DNA from: Bdellovibrionota bacterium
Lineage (GTDB): Bacteria; Bdellovibrionota_C; UBA2361; OMIW01
Assembly (NCBI GenBank): GCA_044345055.1
Contig: JBIJBT010000032.1
Location: 1-27,999 of the forward strand
Length of the DNA: 27,999 nt
Reading direction: 5' to 3'
Below are positions 16,711 to 26,070 of this stretch, one piece after another. Positions within the stretch are counted from its first letter, which is position 1; each line of letters begins with the position of its first letter. The notes beneath the pieces are model-generated. The model had not been told where the DNA came from, did no database searches, and saw nothing but the letters and a program-made list of their open reading frames with translations. Made by a program: the position numbers and the translations under genes.

Positions 16711-18258
16711 TTATGATTTTCGCTTTCGTGGGGAGCTCTTTGGCTGGGCATTTTTCACATTATCGACGGCGGCACGACCGAGCATCTCCACCACTCTCAC
16801 CAATGTCTTGACCGCAAATCCAGCCCCTCCTTTCGGGGTTGAGCCGCTTCCCGATTCATCAAATGCAGGTCCCGCGATGTCGAGATGGGCCCATCGCGCT
16901 TTTTTAACGAATCGTTTCAGAAAAAGCGCCGCCGTTATCGCTCCTCCCCACTGATTGCCGATATTCTTCATGTCAGCCACCGAGCTCTTTAGAAGCTCAT
17001 CGTACTCAGTTGCAAGCGGAAGACGCCAAAAAAGCTCACCCGATCGACGAGCGGCATCAAGAATCGTCTGACAAAGCTCTTCATCATCAGAGAAAAGACC
17101 GGCATATTTCGTTCCGAGCGCGACAACGCAGGCCCCTGTTAAGGTCGCAACATCAATTACGATATCGGCCCCTTCACGCTCCGCAAGGGTGATGGCATCG
17201 CAAAGAATAAGCCGTCCCTCGGCATCGGTGTTCAAAATCTCAACCGTTTGCCCATCGAGGCTCTTTACTATATCGCCCGGGCGGGTTGCCTTGCCATTGA
17301 CCATATTTTCAACGGTCGGAATATAGGCTCGAACCTCGATCGGTAACGATCGTTCAGCAAGTGCAGTCATTGCACCGATAACCGCTGCCGCTCCCGACAT
17401 GTCAGCTTTCATCTCCATCATCGCTGCTGCGGGCTTGATTGAAAGTCCACCGCTATCAAAGGTGACTCCCTTTCCGACAAGAGCAACTACCAAACCTTTC
17501 TTTGCAGGAGGCGGTGTGCTGAGCGTTATCAAAAAGGGTGGTTGCTCAGTTCCTTTCGCAACAGAGAGAAGAGTGTGAGCACCAATTTGCTCAAGTTTTT
17601 TCTGATTAAAAATTCTGCACTTCAGGCCCCCTTTTTTTGCAAGAGTTTCACTATAGCTTGCAAGGAACGAAGGGCTGCAATCGTTCGGTGGCATGTTAAT
17701 AAGATCGCGAGCCGAGAATACGGCCTTAGTGAGCGATTGCAGATGACGAATTTCTAAATCGGGAAGAGCCGCAAATCCAAAGAGAGTGAGCTTTTTGGGC
17801 GGTACATATTCTTTGGATTCAGCAGTCTGATATCTCGAAAATCGATAACTGGCAGCGAAAAAAGACTCAAGAAGAGTCGTCGTTTCCTGTTCGCTCACCG
17901 GAGAACCGCCCGACTCAAAGAGCACAGCTACTGAGGACGGTTTTACCGAAGAAACTTCGGCACTCATAGCTGAACCAACCTGTCGAAGGGCAAGATTTAC
18001 CGCATCTCCTGGCGATTTTCCAAGACCTACAAGCAGGATCCGAAACGCACCATTTTCGATATCGAGGGTGCATCGTTGGCCCGATTTTCCTGAAAAGTCG
18101 CTCTCTAAAATTCGCTTCTGTAGAGCACGAGCGTGATTCTGTTCGAGCCAGTTAAAGGGTTGAGTGCTCTTGCTCTTGTTATCAATCTGAAAGCAAGGAA
18201 CGACAACTAGATCAAAACGGTGCAGAGAAAAATTTTCTGTTGCAAACTGAACTTTCAT
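16711..18258 (-). CDS. pepA: Leucyl aminopeptidase (M17 family)
   Basis: VGKGVTFDSGG, MKADMSGAA, NTDAEGRL, ATLTGA, WAHLDIAG. Confidence 0.95.
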   Translation of the reverse strand: MKVQFATENFSLHRFDLVVVPCFQIDNKSKSTQPFNWLEQNHARALQKRILESDFSGKSGQRCTLDIENGAFRILLVGLGKSPGDAVNLALRQVGSAMSAEVSSVKPSSVAVLFESGGSPVSEQETTTLLESFFAASYRFSRYQTAESKEYVPPKKLTLFGFAALPDLEIRHLQSLTKAVFSARDLINMPPNDCSPSFLASYSETLAKKGGLKCRIFNQKKLEQIGAHTLLSVAKGTEQPPFLITLSTPPPAKKGLVVALVGKGVTFDSGGLSIKPAAAMMEMKADMSGAAAVIGAMTALAERSLPIEVRAYIPTVENMVNGKATRPGDIVKSLDGQTVEILNTDAEGRLILCDAITLAEREGADIVIDVATLTGACVVALGTKYAGLFSDDEELCQTILDAARRSGELFWRLPLATEYDELLKSSVADMKNIGNQWGGAITAALFLKRFVKKARWAHLDIAGPAFDESGSGSTPKGGAGFAVKTLVRVVEMLGRAAVDNVKNAQPKSSPRKRKS

Positions 18259-18368
18259 CGGAACCCTCGCTTTATGAGATAAAAAAAGACTCTACTACTG
18301 GATTACTCCAGTACTGGGAAATCCTTTGCTGCAAGGGGACACTGATTGGTCCCCTTTTCGTCACCCTA

Positions 18369-18848
18369 TTATCGACGAACGCACCCCAGTCCTCCTGGTA
18401 GTCTCATATCTTTGCATCCACGCCGCCGTTCTTCAGGGGAACATTTCTGTTCGCTCGGCGAAAATCCGGAAGGGCACACCTCTCGAACAGGTCTCTCGCG
18501 TTCGCGCTCTCTTTCCCGTTCCCGCTCGTATCTGTCACGAAGCTCATCTTCTCGGCGGCGGCGCTCCTCGTTTCTCCTTGCTTGCTCAAGAGCATCACGC
18601 TCTGCCTCAAGCCTGTCGCGCTCCCGCTCAATTTCTCGCCGCTCCCTACGATTAATGTCGTGTCGATATCCATCGTTGTACCCACCTCCATAGTTTGGCT
18701 GAGAATAGGGGGAGTAGTAGGGGTCGTAAGCTTGCTGAGAGGGGCGAGTACGATACGGATCATAGGGTTGATTTAGCTCCGCGCACCCAGTAATTAGCAA
18801 CCCAAGTATTCCAACAACTGGCGAGTATCTACGACGTATTTGATTCAT
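18369..18848 (-). CDS. Hypothetical lipoprotein: Tyr/Pro-rich segment, Arg/Glu-rich helix, C-terminal 4-Cys motif
   Basis: Basic N-terminus, hydrophobic stretch and lipobox ITGC (Cys22); GAGGA upstream of the ATG; the ORF fills the pepA-speA gap. Confidence 0.75.
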   Translation of the reverse strand: MNQIRRRYSPVVGILGLLITGCAELNQPYDPYRTRPSQQAYDPYYSPYSQPNYGGGYNDGYRHDINRRERREIERERDRLEAERDALEQARRNEERRRREDELRDRYERERERERERERPVREVCPSGFSPSEQKCSPEERRRGCKDMRLPGGLGCVRR

Positions 18849-19127
18849 GAAATTTGTTCCTCAAAGGTAGCGATTGAGCTCAGAAGTGTTTTCCCACCTA
18901 TTCAGCTTCTGCCCCGATAGTAGCCAAGAGCGGATAAATTCGGCAACACCGGTAGGAGTTCTTTGGTTCGGGTACGAACAGTGATATAGTGTGGAAGTTG
19001 AAATCTGGGAAGGCGAGGCGGCTTTGGACCGCCCTTTTTGTTGCCAAGTGCTTGATTTTACTATAGTTGAGTCAATCGGCTACAGCCGGTTGTATTCGGG
19101 GGAACACGGGGGAGAGGGAGTACGCTC

Positions 19128-21029
19128 ATGGATTCTTGGAACGTTGAACGAAGCAGAGAGCTATATCGGGTTCGGGAATGGGGAACCGGTTATTTCGATG
19201 TTAACGAGGCTGGAAATGTTATTGTTCGGCCCGATCCACACGGTGAAGAAATAGACCTATTTGAGTTAACACGATCTCTGGAACATAGGGGTATATCTGC
19301 GCCAATCCTGTTTCGATTCGATGGTATCATTGAGGATCGGGTGAGACTTCTTCAGACCAGCTTTGATGATGCAATTCGGGCGTGGAATTTTAACGGGGTT
19401 TATCGTACGGCGTTTCCAGTAAAGGTAAATCCGCTCCGTCATGTTGTTGATACTCTCAGAAAATCTGGACATACCCGAAATATTGGCCTTGAGGTTGGTA
19501 GCAAACCAGAACTTCTCGCGGTACTGGCGATCCATGATCTTCCGGATACTCTTCTTCTATGTAATGGATATAAAGATGTCGAGTATATCGAGCTCGCATT
19601 GACCGGGAGAAAGATCGGTCGACGATCGATTATCATCGTCGAGCAGTTTTATGAGATGCAACAGATATTGGAAGCTTCCCGAAATCTCGGTATTGAACCG
19701 GAGCTTGGGATTCGAATGAAGCCACTCACCCGGGGTGGAGGATATTGGGATAAATCGGCTGGAGATCAGGCAAAATTCGGACTTACTACCTCTGAGCTCC
19801 TCGGAGCGATTCAGATGCTCAAAGATAATGGCTGTGAGCATTGGGTCAAGCTGCTTCATTTTCACGTGGGGAGTCAAATCCCAAATATTAATAGTGTTCG
19901 TAGAGTGCTCAAAGAAGCAACTCGGATGTACGTGGAGGTAGCTCGTCTCTGCCCATCTCTCTGTTTGATGGATGTCGGCGGCGGGCTTGGGATCGATTAC
20001 GATGGTTCAAAAAGTAATTACGAATCCTCGATGAACTACACGATGGATGAGTATGCCGACAGCGTCGTTGGTGCTCTTTTCGAGGCGTGTGAGCGAGCGG
20101 GCGTTCCTCATCCCGACATTATTACGGAATCTGGAAGGGCCGTAGTTGCGCACCACGCTGTTCTCGTGACTGAGGTTATTGATGTGGCAAGTGCGGTTCC
20201 GCTTCGGCTTGACGAACCGACACCGGGTATAAGTTCAAACGAGACGTTGGCTCGTTTCGAAGAATTAGGTCAGGAGCTGACGGTAAGAAACTTGCGAGAG
20301 ACTCTCAACGAGGCGCTCAGTTTGAGAGAAGAGATGTTTCACCAGTTTGTTAGTGGTCAGCTGGGCCTTGAAGCGCGAGCACGTGGAGATATCCTCTATC
20401 GTCATCTATGCGGACAAATGCTCGAAATGAGTCGTGGACTCAAAAATCCTCCAGAGGAGATTAGTAAAATCGCCTCGGACCTGCGCGATACACTTTTCTG
20501 TAATTTTTCACTGTTTCAAAGCATGCTCGATTCGTGGGCAATCGATCAGCTTTTTCCGATTATGCCGATTCAACAGCTTAAGGATGAGCCAGTAGGACGA
20601 GCCATTGTTGCTGATTTGACCTGCGATAGCGACGGCACCATCGCCCGTTTTATTGATTCTAGAGATGTGCGGGGCGATCTTCCCTACAACAGGGCAGCGT
20701 TTGAGTCATCTCCATACTATTTGGGAGTCTTTTTAGTCGGTGCATATCAGGAAATTCTAGGCGGTCTTCATAATCTCTTCGGCGACACGAATGCGGTACA
20801 TGTACGTATTGGCGATGATAAGGAGATAGACATATGCGAGGTCGTGAGAGGTGATACGATACGGGAGGTTCTCTCCTACGTGGAGTACGATGTAGCTGAC
20901 CTTGAAGAGATGTATCGCCGTTCTCTTGAGCGGGCGATCAAGTTAAATCAGATAAAACCTGATGAATCGGCCCATCTTTTGAGACGATATCGAGAGGCTC
21001 TCGCGGGGTATACTTACCTAGTTAAGTAG
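19128..21029 (+). CDS. speA: Biosynthetic arginine decarboxylase
   Basis: LYRVREWGTGYF, FPVKVN (PLP lysine), GLEVGSKPEL, CNGYKD, HFHVGSQI, DVGGGLGIDYDGS, ESGRA, DLTCDSDG, GAYQEILGGLHNLFGDT, GYTYL. Confidence 0.97.
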   Translation: MDSWNVERSRELYRVREWGTGYFDVNEAGNVIVRPDPHGEEIDLFELTRSLEHRGISAPILFRFDGIIEDRVRLLQTSFDDAIRAWNFNGVYRTAFPVKVNPLRHVVDTLRKSGHTRNIGLEVGSKPELLAVLAIHDLPDTLLLCNGYKDVEYIELALTGRKIGRRSIIIVEQFYEMQQILEASRNLGIEPELGIRMKPLTRGGGYWDKSAGDQAKFGLTTSELLGAIQMLKDNGCEHWVKLLHFHVGSQIPNINSVRRVLKEATRMYVEVARLCPSLCLMDVGGGLGIDYDGSKSNYESSMNYTMDEYADSVVGALFEACERAGVPHPDIITESGRAVVAHHAVLVTEVIDVASAVPLRLDEPTPGISSNETLARFEELGQELTVRNLRETLNEALSLREEMFHQFVSGQLGLEARARGDILYRHLCGQMLEMSRGLKNPPEEISKIASDLRDTLFCNFSLFQSMLDSWAIDQLFPIMPIQQLKDEPVGRAIVADLTCDSDGTIARFIDSRDVRGDLPYNRAAFESSPYYLGVFLVGAYQEILGGLHNLFGDTNAVHVRIGDDKEIDICEVVRGDTIREVLSYVEYDVADLEEMYRRSLERAIKLNQIKPDESAHLLRRYREALAGYTYLVK

Positions 21030-21080
21030 TGGCTGGGGAAAAGGAGGCGGTATTTGATAACCGGTAGCCCACCCCTTTTC

Positions 21081-23075
21081 TCACTCTTTTTCTGCATCGA
21101 GCCCGAATTTTTGCATACGGTATCGAAGAGACCTTAGGTTAAGACCGAGCAATTCTGATGCAGTTTTTCGAGTACCTCCCGATTTGTGGAGGGCCGCGAT
21201 AACGTAATCTCGCTCTATTGAAGAGAGGATGGCATCAAGATCGCATGGAAGTTCATGGATCGCGGTCTCCTCTCTTATAAGGGCAGGTCGAGTTTCTAGT
21301 GCTTGAACCTGCTCAGGAAGATGCTCAGGGAGGATAAGAGATCCACCGAGAACAACGGCTCGTTGGATTATATTTTCAAGCTCTCGAATATTTCCCGGAT
21401 AATTGTACGAAACGAGGAGACGAAGGGTTTCTGACGCAAGCTCGGGTAGCTCTTTATCTTCTTCCCGTTGCAACTGTCGCAAGAAGTGTCCTATCAAAAG
21501 TGGAAGATCTTCTCTTCTTTCGCGAAGAGGTGGAATCGTAATGTTGACGACATTTAATCGATAATAGAGATCTTCGCGAAACTTACCAGCCTCTGATTCG
21601 CGTCGTAGATTTTTGTTCGTCGCAGCGATAATCCGAACATTTATCGGAATATCTGAACTTCCTCCAACGGGCCTAACAGATCGCTCCTGAATTGCGCGAA
21701 GAAGAGTGGCTTGCACAGCAATAGGAAGCTCGCCGATTTCATCAAGAAAGAGGGTGCCATTCATTGCCTCGCGAAAGAAACCGATATGATCTGTCGTAGC
21801 GCCAGTAAATGAACCTCTTTTATGCCCAAAAAGTTGACTTTCGATGAGAGAACTCGGAATCGCTCCACAGTTGACCGCAACAAACGGGCCTTTGCTCCAG
21901 CCGCTTTGTTGATGAATCGCTCGTGCTATAAGCTCCTTCCCCGTACCAGATTCACCATAAAGAAGAACCGTCGCATCACTCGAGGCAACTCTGCGGACTA
22001 GGTCGAGCACCTTTCGAAATAGTTTACTTTCTCCAACAAGACCCGCGGTACCGATGACTGGTTCTCGGGCAAGCTCGACTCGATCTTTAGCAACTTGATA
22101 CTGTAGCTGAGCAAGCCTAGTTTCTTCCGATTTTTTTTCCTCGGTTATATCTTTGAAAAGAAATATTGAACCTCTAGCATTCCCCTCAGGTGTAAAAAAT
22201 ACCTTCTCAACGCACTCGATAAATTTTTGCTGATTATTTTCATCTCTGAGGGTTAATTGCTGCTTCTTTTCCGATTTACCGTGAACATACCCGAGGAAAG
22301 AAAATCCAGGAAAAATGCTACGAAGAGATTGATCAATTGACTTACCAAGCAATTCGTCCCCCCGTCTCAATAGGTCTTTAGCAACACTATTTACCGATGT
22401 AATAAATCCAACTTCGTTAGTTGTTATCAATGCATCAGAGACAGCATCAAAAATGAGGCGATTCCTCTCCTCTCCTTCAGTAATTAATTGAGCAGCATCA
22501 CGAGCTGCTCGCTCTTTTCTATCAATGAGGCTGCGAAGGTAGTTTGTAGCGAAAAAAACGGCACTCATTGCAACAGCAAGATTTATCGCCTGAAAAAGAA
22601 TAAAGGAATAAGAAGCTGTAGTGCCGGAATAGGCTGAGGGGACCAAAAAAAGACCCAATCTAATCCCAAAACCAATCAGCATATTGAGTGCGCTGCTTAG
22701 GCAAATAATAAAAACTCCGGAGTCTCTCCCAAAAAAGAAAGCTGCATAGACAACAAGCGGAACAAAGAGAAAAACAAATGGGCTGAGCGGTCCCCCAGTG
22801 GAATAGACAAGGATGGAAATGATAATTGGATCAATAGATAGCTGCTTGAGTGTTGAAATTTGGGTTGATTTCACATTCCTCAAAGTAACCAAACTTTTAG
22901 CAAAAAATCCAAGTAATAAGCCGATTCGGATTACATCAAAAAAAATTGATGAAAGTGGGTAAGCAGCCGAACAGATAATTGTAACAAGAATAAAGAATAT
23001 TCTTACTGCTACGAGCATGCGAAATGGGTGCATAAGGAAGATAGTGTCGATATCTCTTCGAAATTGAGAGAACAT
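21081..23075 (-). CDS. Membrane-anchored sigma-54 activator: PilS-like TM domain, PAS, PilR-like AAA+ and Fis-type HTH in one protein
   Basis: ORF-track numbering: about aa 20-180 multi-TM with YSTGGPLSPFVFLF; aa 205-313 PAS ending FKDITE; aa 346-575 AAA+ with GESGTGKELIARAIH, GSFTGA, LFLDEIGE, FREDLYYRLN, YPGNIRELEN; C-terminal ASELLGLNLRSLRYRMQKFG. GAGGAG lies 5 nt before ATG 23075 (the ORF track starts at TTG 23078). Confidence 0.92.
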   Translation of the reverse strand: MFSQFRRDIDTIFLMHPFRMLVAVRIFFILVTIICSAAYPLSSIFFDVIRIGLLLGFFAKSLVTLRNVKSTQISTLKQLSIDPIIISILVYSTGGPLSPFVFLFVPLVVYAAFFFGRDSGVFIICLSSALNMLIGFGIRLGLFLVPSAYSGTTASYSFILFQAINLAVAMSAVFFATNYLRSLIDRKERAARDAAQLITEGEERNRLIFDAVSDALITTNEVGFITSVNSVAKDLLRRGDELLGKSIDQSLRSIFPGFSFLGYVHGKSEKKQQLTLRDENNQQKFIECVEKVFFTPEGNARGSIFLFKDITEEKKSEETRLAQLQYQVAKDRVELAREPVIGTAGLVGESKLFRKVLDLVRRVASSDATVLLYGESGTGKELIARAIHQQSGWSKGPFVAVNCGAIPSSLIESQLFGHKRGSFTGATTDHIGFFREAMNGTLFLDEIGELPIAVQATLLRAIQERSVRPVGGSSDIPINVRIIAATNKNLRRESEAGKFREDLYYRLNVVNITIPPLRERREDLPLLIGHFLRQLQREEDKELPELASETLRLLVSYNYPGNIRELENIIQRAVVLGGSLILPEHLPEQVQALETRPALIREETAIHELPCDLDAILSSIERDYVIAALHKSGGTRKTASELLGLNLRSLRYRMQKFGLDAEKE

Positions 23076-23143
23076 CAAAGCTCCTCACGGAATATCAAAT
23101 TTTAGAATCATCAAAGATTGATAGCTCGATTTCTCCTTAAACT

Positions 23144-24361
23144 TCATCTATCAACAATTGCTCCCATCTTGAATATCGGCAGGTACATGGCGATAACTAG
23201 CGCACCGATGATCACTCCCAAAAAGAGAATCATGAGTGGTTCTATTAGCTGTTTTAAACCAGATACTGCAGTATTTACCTCGTCTTCATAAAAATCAGCT
23301 ATTTTTTGGAGCATTGAGTCAAGGGCACCAGTTGCCTCTCCAACTCCGATCATTTGGACCACCATAGTCGGAAATACTTTTGATTCGGTCAGTGGTTCAG
23401 TTAATGATTTACCCTCAGAAATTGCCGTTTTGGCCCGTGTAATATCATCCTCTACGACAGTATTTCCAGCGGTTTTTGCGCAAATAGTAAGGGCATCTAG
23501 TATTGGAACGCCTGAGCTTATCATCGTTCCTAGCGTTCTTGTAAAACGAGCCACTGCAACTTTTTTGAACAGTTTGCCGAATATTGGTAGTTTAAGAATG
23601 AGTGGATGAATTGTCCTTTTACCTCGAGCTGTTTTCGAGAAATTTAGAAAAAGTAAAAGAGCTGAAATTAGCCCACCAAATATTAGATACCAATAAGATG
23701 CAAAAAAATCGCTTATGTTCATTACGATGATTGTAGGGAGTGGAAGAGTTGCTCCGAAATCAGCGAACATATCTTTGAAAGTTGGAATAACAAAGATCAT
23801 TAAAACAGAGGTAACAATAATAGCAGCTAGTATGACAACCGATGGGTAAATCATCGCTGCCTTTACCTCACGCTTCAGTTTTAGCGATTTTTCGAGGTGT
23901 ATTGAAAGTCTTTCAAGGATGGTATCGAGAATACCTCCTCTTTCTCCAGCAATTACGAGGTGAATGTACAGTTCATCGAAAACGCGTGGGAACTTAGCCA
24001 TTCCGTCGGCCAGAGTTCCGCCGTTTTCAACCGTCTCTTTAACTCCGAGTAGGACTTTTTTCTGAGCAGGATTCTCTGATTGCTTTGCGAGGATATCGAG
24101 ACTTTGCACTATAGGGAGACCGGCATCGACCATCGTTGCGAACTGGCGGGTAAATACAACTATCTCTCGTGTTGTTACTCTCGGACCAAGGCCTGGGATG
24201 TTTATATCACGGTTAAAAATACCCTTCTCTTTGATCGACGAGGCATCCGGAATGATTCCTCGATCCTTTAGAGATACAAAAACCTCATGCCGGGTAGATG
24301 CAACCATCTCACCGCTAATTTTTTTCCCAGCCTTGCTTCCAGTCCAGATATAGCTCGTCAT
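23144..24361 (-). CDS. pilC: Type IV pilus inner-membrane platform protein PilC (GspF family)
   Basis: FTRQFATMVDAGLP, AGERGGILD, AMIYP, ARFTRTLGTM..SGVP, GEATGALDSML, AMYLPIF. ATGA overlap with pilB. Confidence 0.95.
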   Translation of the reverse strand: MTSYIWTGSKAGKKISGEMVASTRHEVFVSLKDRGIIPDASSIKEKGIFNRDINIPGLGPRVTTREIVVFTRQFATMVDAGLPIVQSLDILAKQSENPAQKKVLLGVKETVENGGTLADGMAKFPRVFDELYIHLVIAGERGGILDTILERLSIHLEKSLKLKREVKAAMIYPSVVILAAIIVTSVLMIFVIPTFKDMFADFGATLPLPTIIVMNISDFFASYWYLIFGGLISALLLFLNFSKTARGKRTIHPLILKLPIFGKLFKKVAVARFTRTLGTMISSGVPILDALTICAKTAGNTVVEDDITRAKTAISEGKSLTEPLTESKVFPTMVVQMIGVGEATGALDSMLQKIADFYEDEVNTAVSGLKQLIEPLMILFLGVIIGALVIAMYLPIFKMGAIVDR

Positions 24362-26070
24362 AAATTGGCTCCTTGATCGGAGGCCGTTACTCGAATCACC
24401 TCCTCAAGAGTAGTTAGCCCCTCCCTGAGACGGCTTAATCCAGAGACCCGCAGAGTCGTCATTCCTTCCTTAATAGCCTGTCTTTTAAGATCTGCAGCAG
24501 AGGCTCCGTTTAAAATAAGCTCCCTCAGCGATTCAGTTACCACCATCGTTTCATACAGAGCGATTCTGCCTCGATAGCCCGTTCCGGAGCATTTTGAACA
24601 ACCTTCACCTTGATATACCGTCATGTGTGCGGCCTCAGCTGCTCTCATTCCTGCTGATACGAGAACCTCTGGATTGAAGGATGTTTCAGTTTTGCAGTTG
24701 AGACAAATTCGTCGGGCTAGTCGTTGAGCAACTATAATGTTTAGTGATGAAGCAACGAGAAACGGCTCAACCCCCATGTTGAGGAGACGGTTTATTGTTC
24801 CAGGTGCGTCATTTGTGTGGAGAGTTGATAGAACTAGATGTCCGGTCAGAGAGGCTTTAATCGCTATCTCGGCGGTTTCATAATCTCTTATTTCGCCGAC
24901 CATGATGACATCGGGATCTTGTCGAAGAAATGCCCGTAATGCAGCGGCAAATGTAAGTCCTATGTCCTCATTTACCTGAGCCTGATTTATACCAGGTATG
25001 TTGAATTCGACCGGATCCTCGGCGGTATTTATGTTAGTGCTTTCTTTGTTTAATTCAGTTAGCGCGGAATAGAGTGTTGTTGTTTTTCCGGACCCGGTCG
25101 GTCCAGTGACAAGAACCATTCCGTGAGGTTTGCTGATTGCCTCCTTTAGTCTGCTCAGCTGAATTGGATCCAAGCCGAGTTTAGACATGTCTATTTGTAG
25201 ATTTGATTTATCGAGTAAACGAAGAACTACTTTCTCTCCGAAAAGAGTCGGTAGAACGTTAACCCGAAAGTCCATCTCTTTTTTCCCACCAAGAGATAAT
25301 TTTATCCGCCCATCCTGAGGCAATCGTCGCTCAGCGATATCGAGGTTCGCCATTATTTTGAGACGAGAGATAATCGCGTTTTTCAATTTTTGAGGGGGTG
25401 TCATCACCTCGTATAAAATTCCGTCTATACGAAATCTTACTCGGAAATTTTTCTCATAAGGTTCTAGGTGAATATCAGAGACATTCTTTTGGATCGCATC
25501 AAGTAGGATTGCGTTAACCAGTTTTACAACTGGAGCATCTTCTGCTGGCAGCTCTATCTCTAAAAAGTCGGTGTTTTGCTCTGCTTCGGTTACAACCTGA
25601 ATATCGTCGGCAAAGGAGTCGAGTAGCTCATCTAGATGAGGGCTTGATCCAAAAAGTCGTTCCTGGCCAGCTATGATTGAGCTTTCAGAGGTAAGTCTTA
25701 GCTCAATATCCAGATTTGTTAGAAATTTGAGCTCGGTAATAACGGAAAAATCAGATGGGTCAGCGATCGCAACGATTAGTTTTTTTTGATTAAGTGAAAG
25801 TGGGATTATTCGATGCTTCTGGCAGAGTGCGGGAGGTACAACTTGTAAGAGACTGTTATCGATGGAGTACGGGTCGATCTCTATCGTTGGTATGCCGAGG
25901 TGCACAGAGAGCGTTTTAGTGATATCCGCTTCGGTTAAAACACCCATCAGTACTAGCTGAGCGCTGAGCGATTTTTTCCCATCTGCACCGCGGATCCGTT
26001 CTGCTGAAACTCGTTGCTCATCAGTTATCAATCCCGACTGAACAAGAATGTCCGCAATACGAGAGTTCAT
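24358..26070 (-). CDS. pilB: Type IV-A pilus assembly ATPase PilB
   Basis: DAPVVKLVN, SDIHLEP, LDIAERRLPQDGR, Walker A GPTGSGKTT, TAEDPVE, LRQDPD.IMVGEIRD, TGHLVLSTLHTN, Zn-binding CLNC...CSKC. Confidence 0.95.
   Translation of the reverse strand: MNSRIADILVQSGLITDEQRVSAERIRGADGKKSLSAQLVLMGVLTEADITKTLSVHLGIPTIEIDPYSIDNSLLQVVPPALCQKHRIIPLSLNQKKLIVAIADPSDFSVITELKFLTNLDIELRLTSESSIIAGQERLFGSSPHLDELLDSFADDIQVVTEAEQNTDFLEIELPAEDAPVVKLVNAILLDAIQKNVSDIHLEPYEKNFRVRFRIDGILYEVMTPPQKLKNAIISRLKIMANLDIAERRLPQDGRIKLSLGGKKEMDFRVNVLPTLFGEKVVLRLLDKSNLQIDMSKLGLDPIQLSRLKEAISKPHGMVLVTGPTGSGKTTTLYSALTELNKESTNINTAEDPVEFNIPGINQAQVNEDIGLTFAAALRAFLRQDPDVIMVGEIRDYETAEIAIKASLTGHLVLSTLHTNDAPGTINRLLNMGVEPFLVASSLNIIVAQRLARRICLNCKTETSFNPEVLVSAGMRAAEAAHMTVYQGEGCSKCSGTGYRGRIALYETMVVTESLRELILNGASAADLKRQAIKEGMTTLRVSGLSRLREGLTTLEEVIRVTASDQGANL

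Noticed and set aside
18326..18776. Overlapping alternative ORFs, including a Ser/Arg-rich 115-aa plus-strand ORF
   Set aside because: They are shadows of the low-complexity Arg/Glu lipoprotein gene, which has the RBS and lipobox.
21038..21090. Bidirectional terminator between speA and the fused regulator
   Set aside because: GAAAAGG and CCTTTTC pair, but the inner stem is too imperfect to call.
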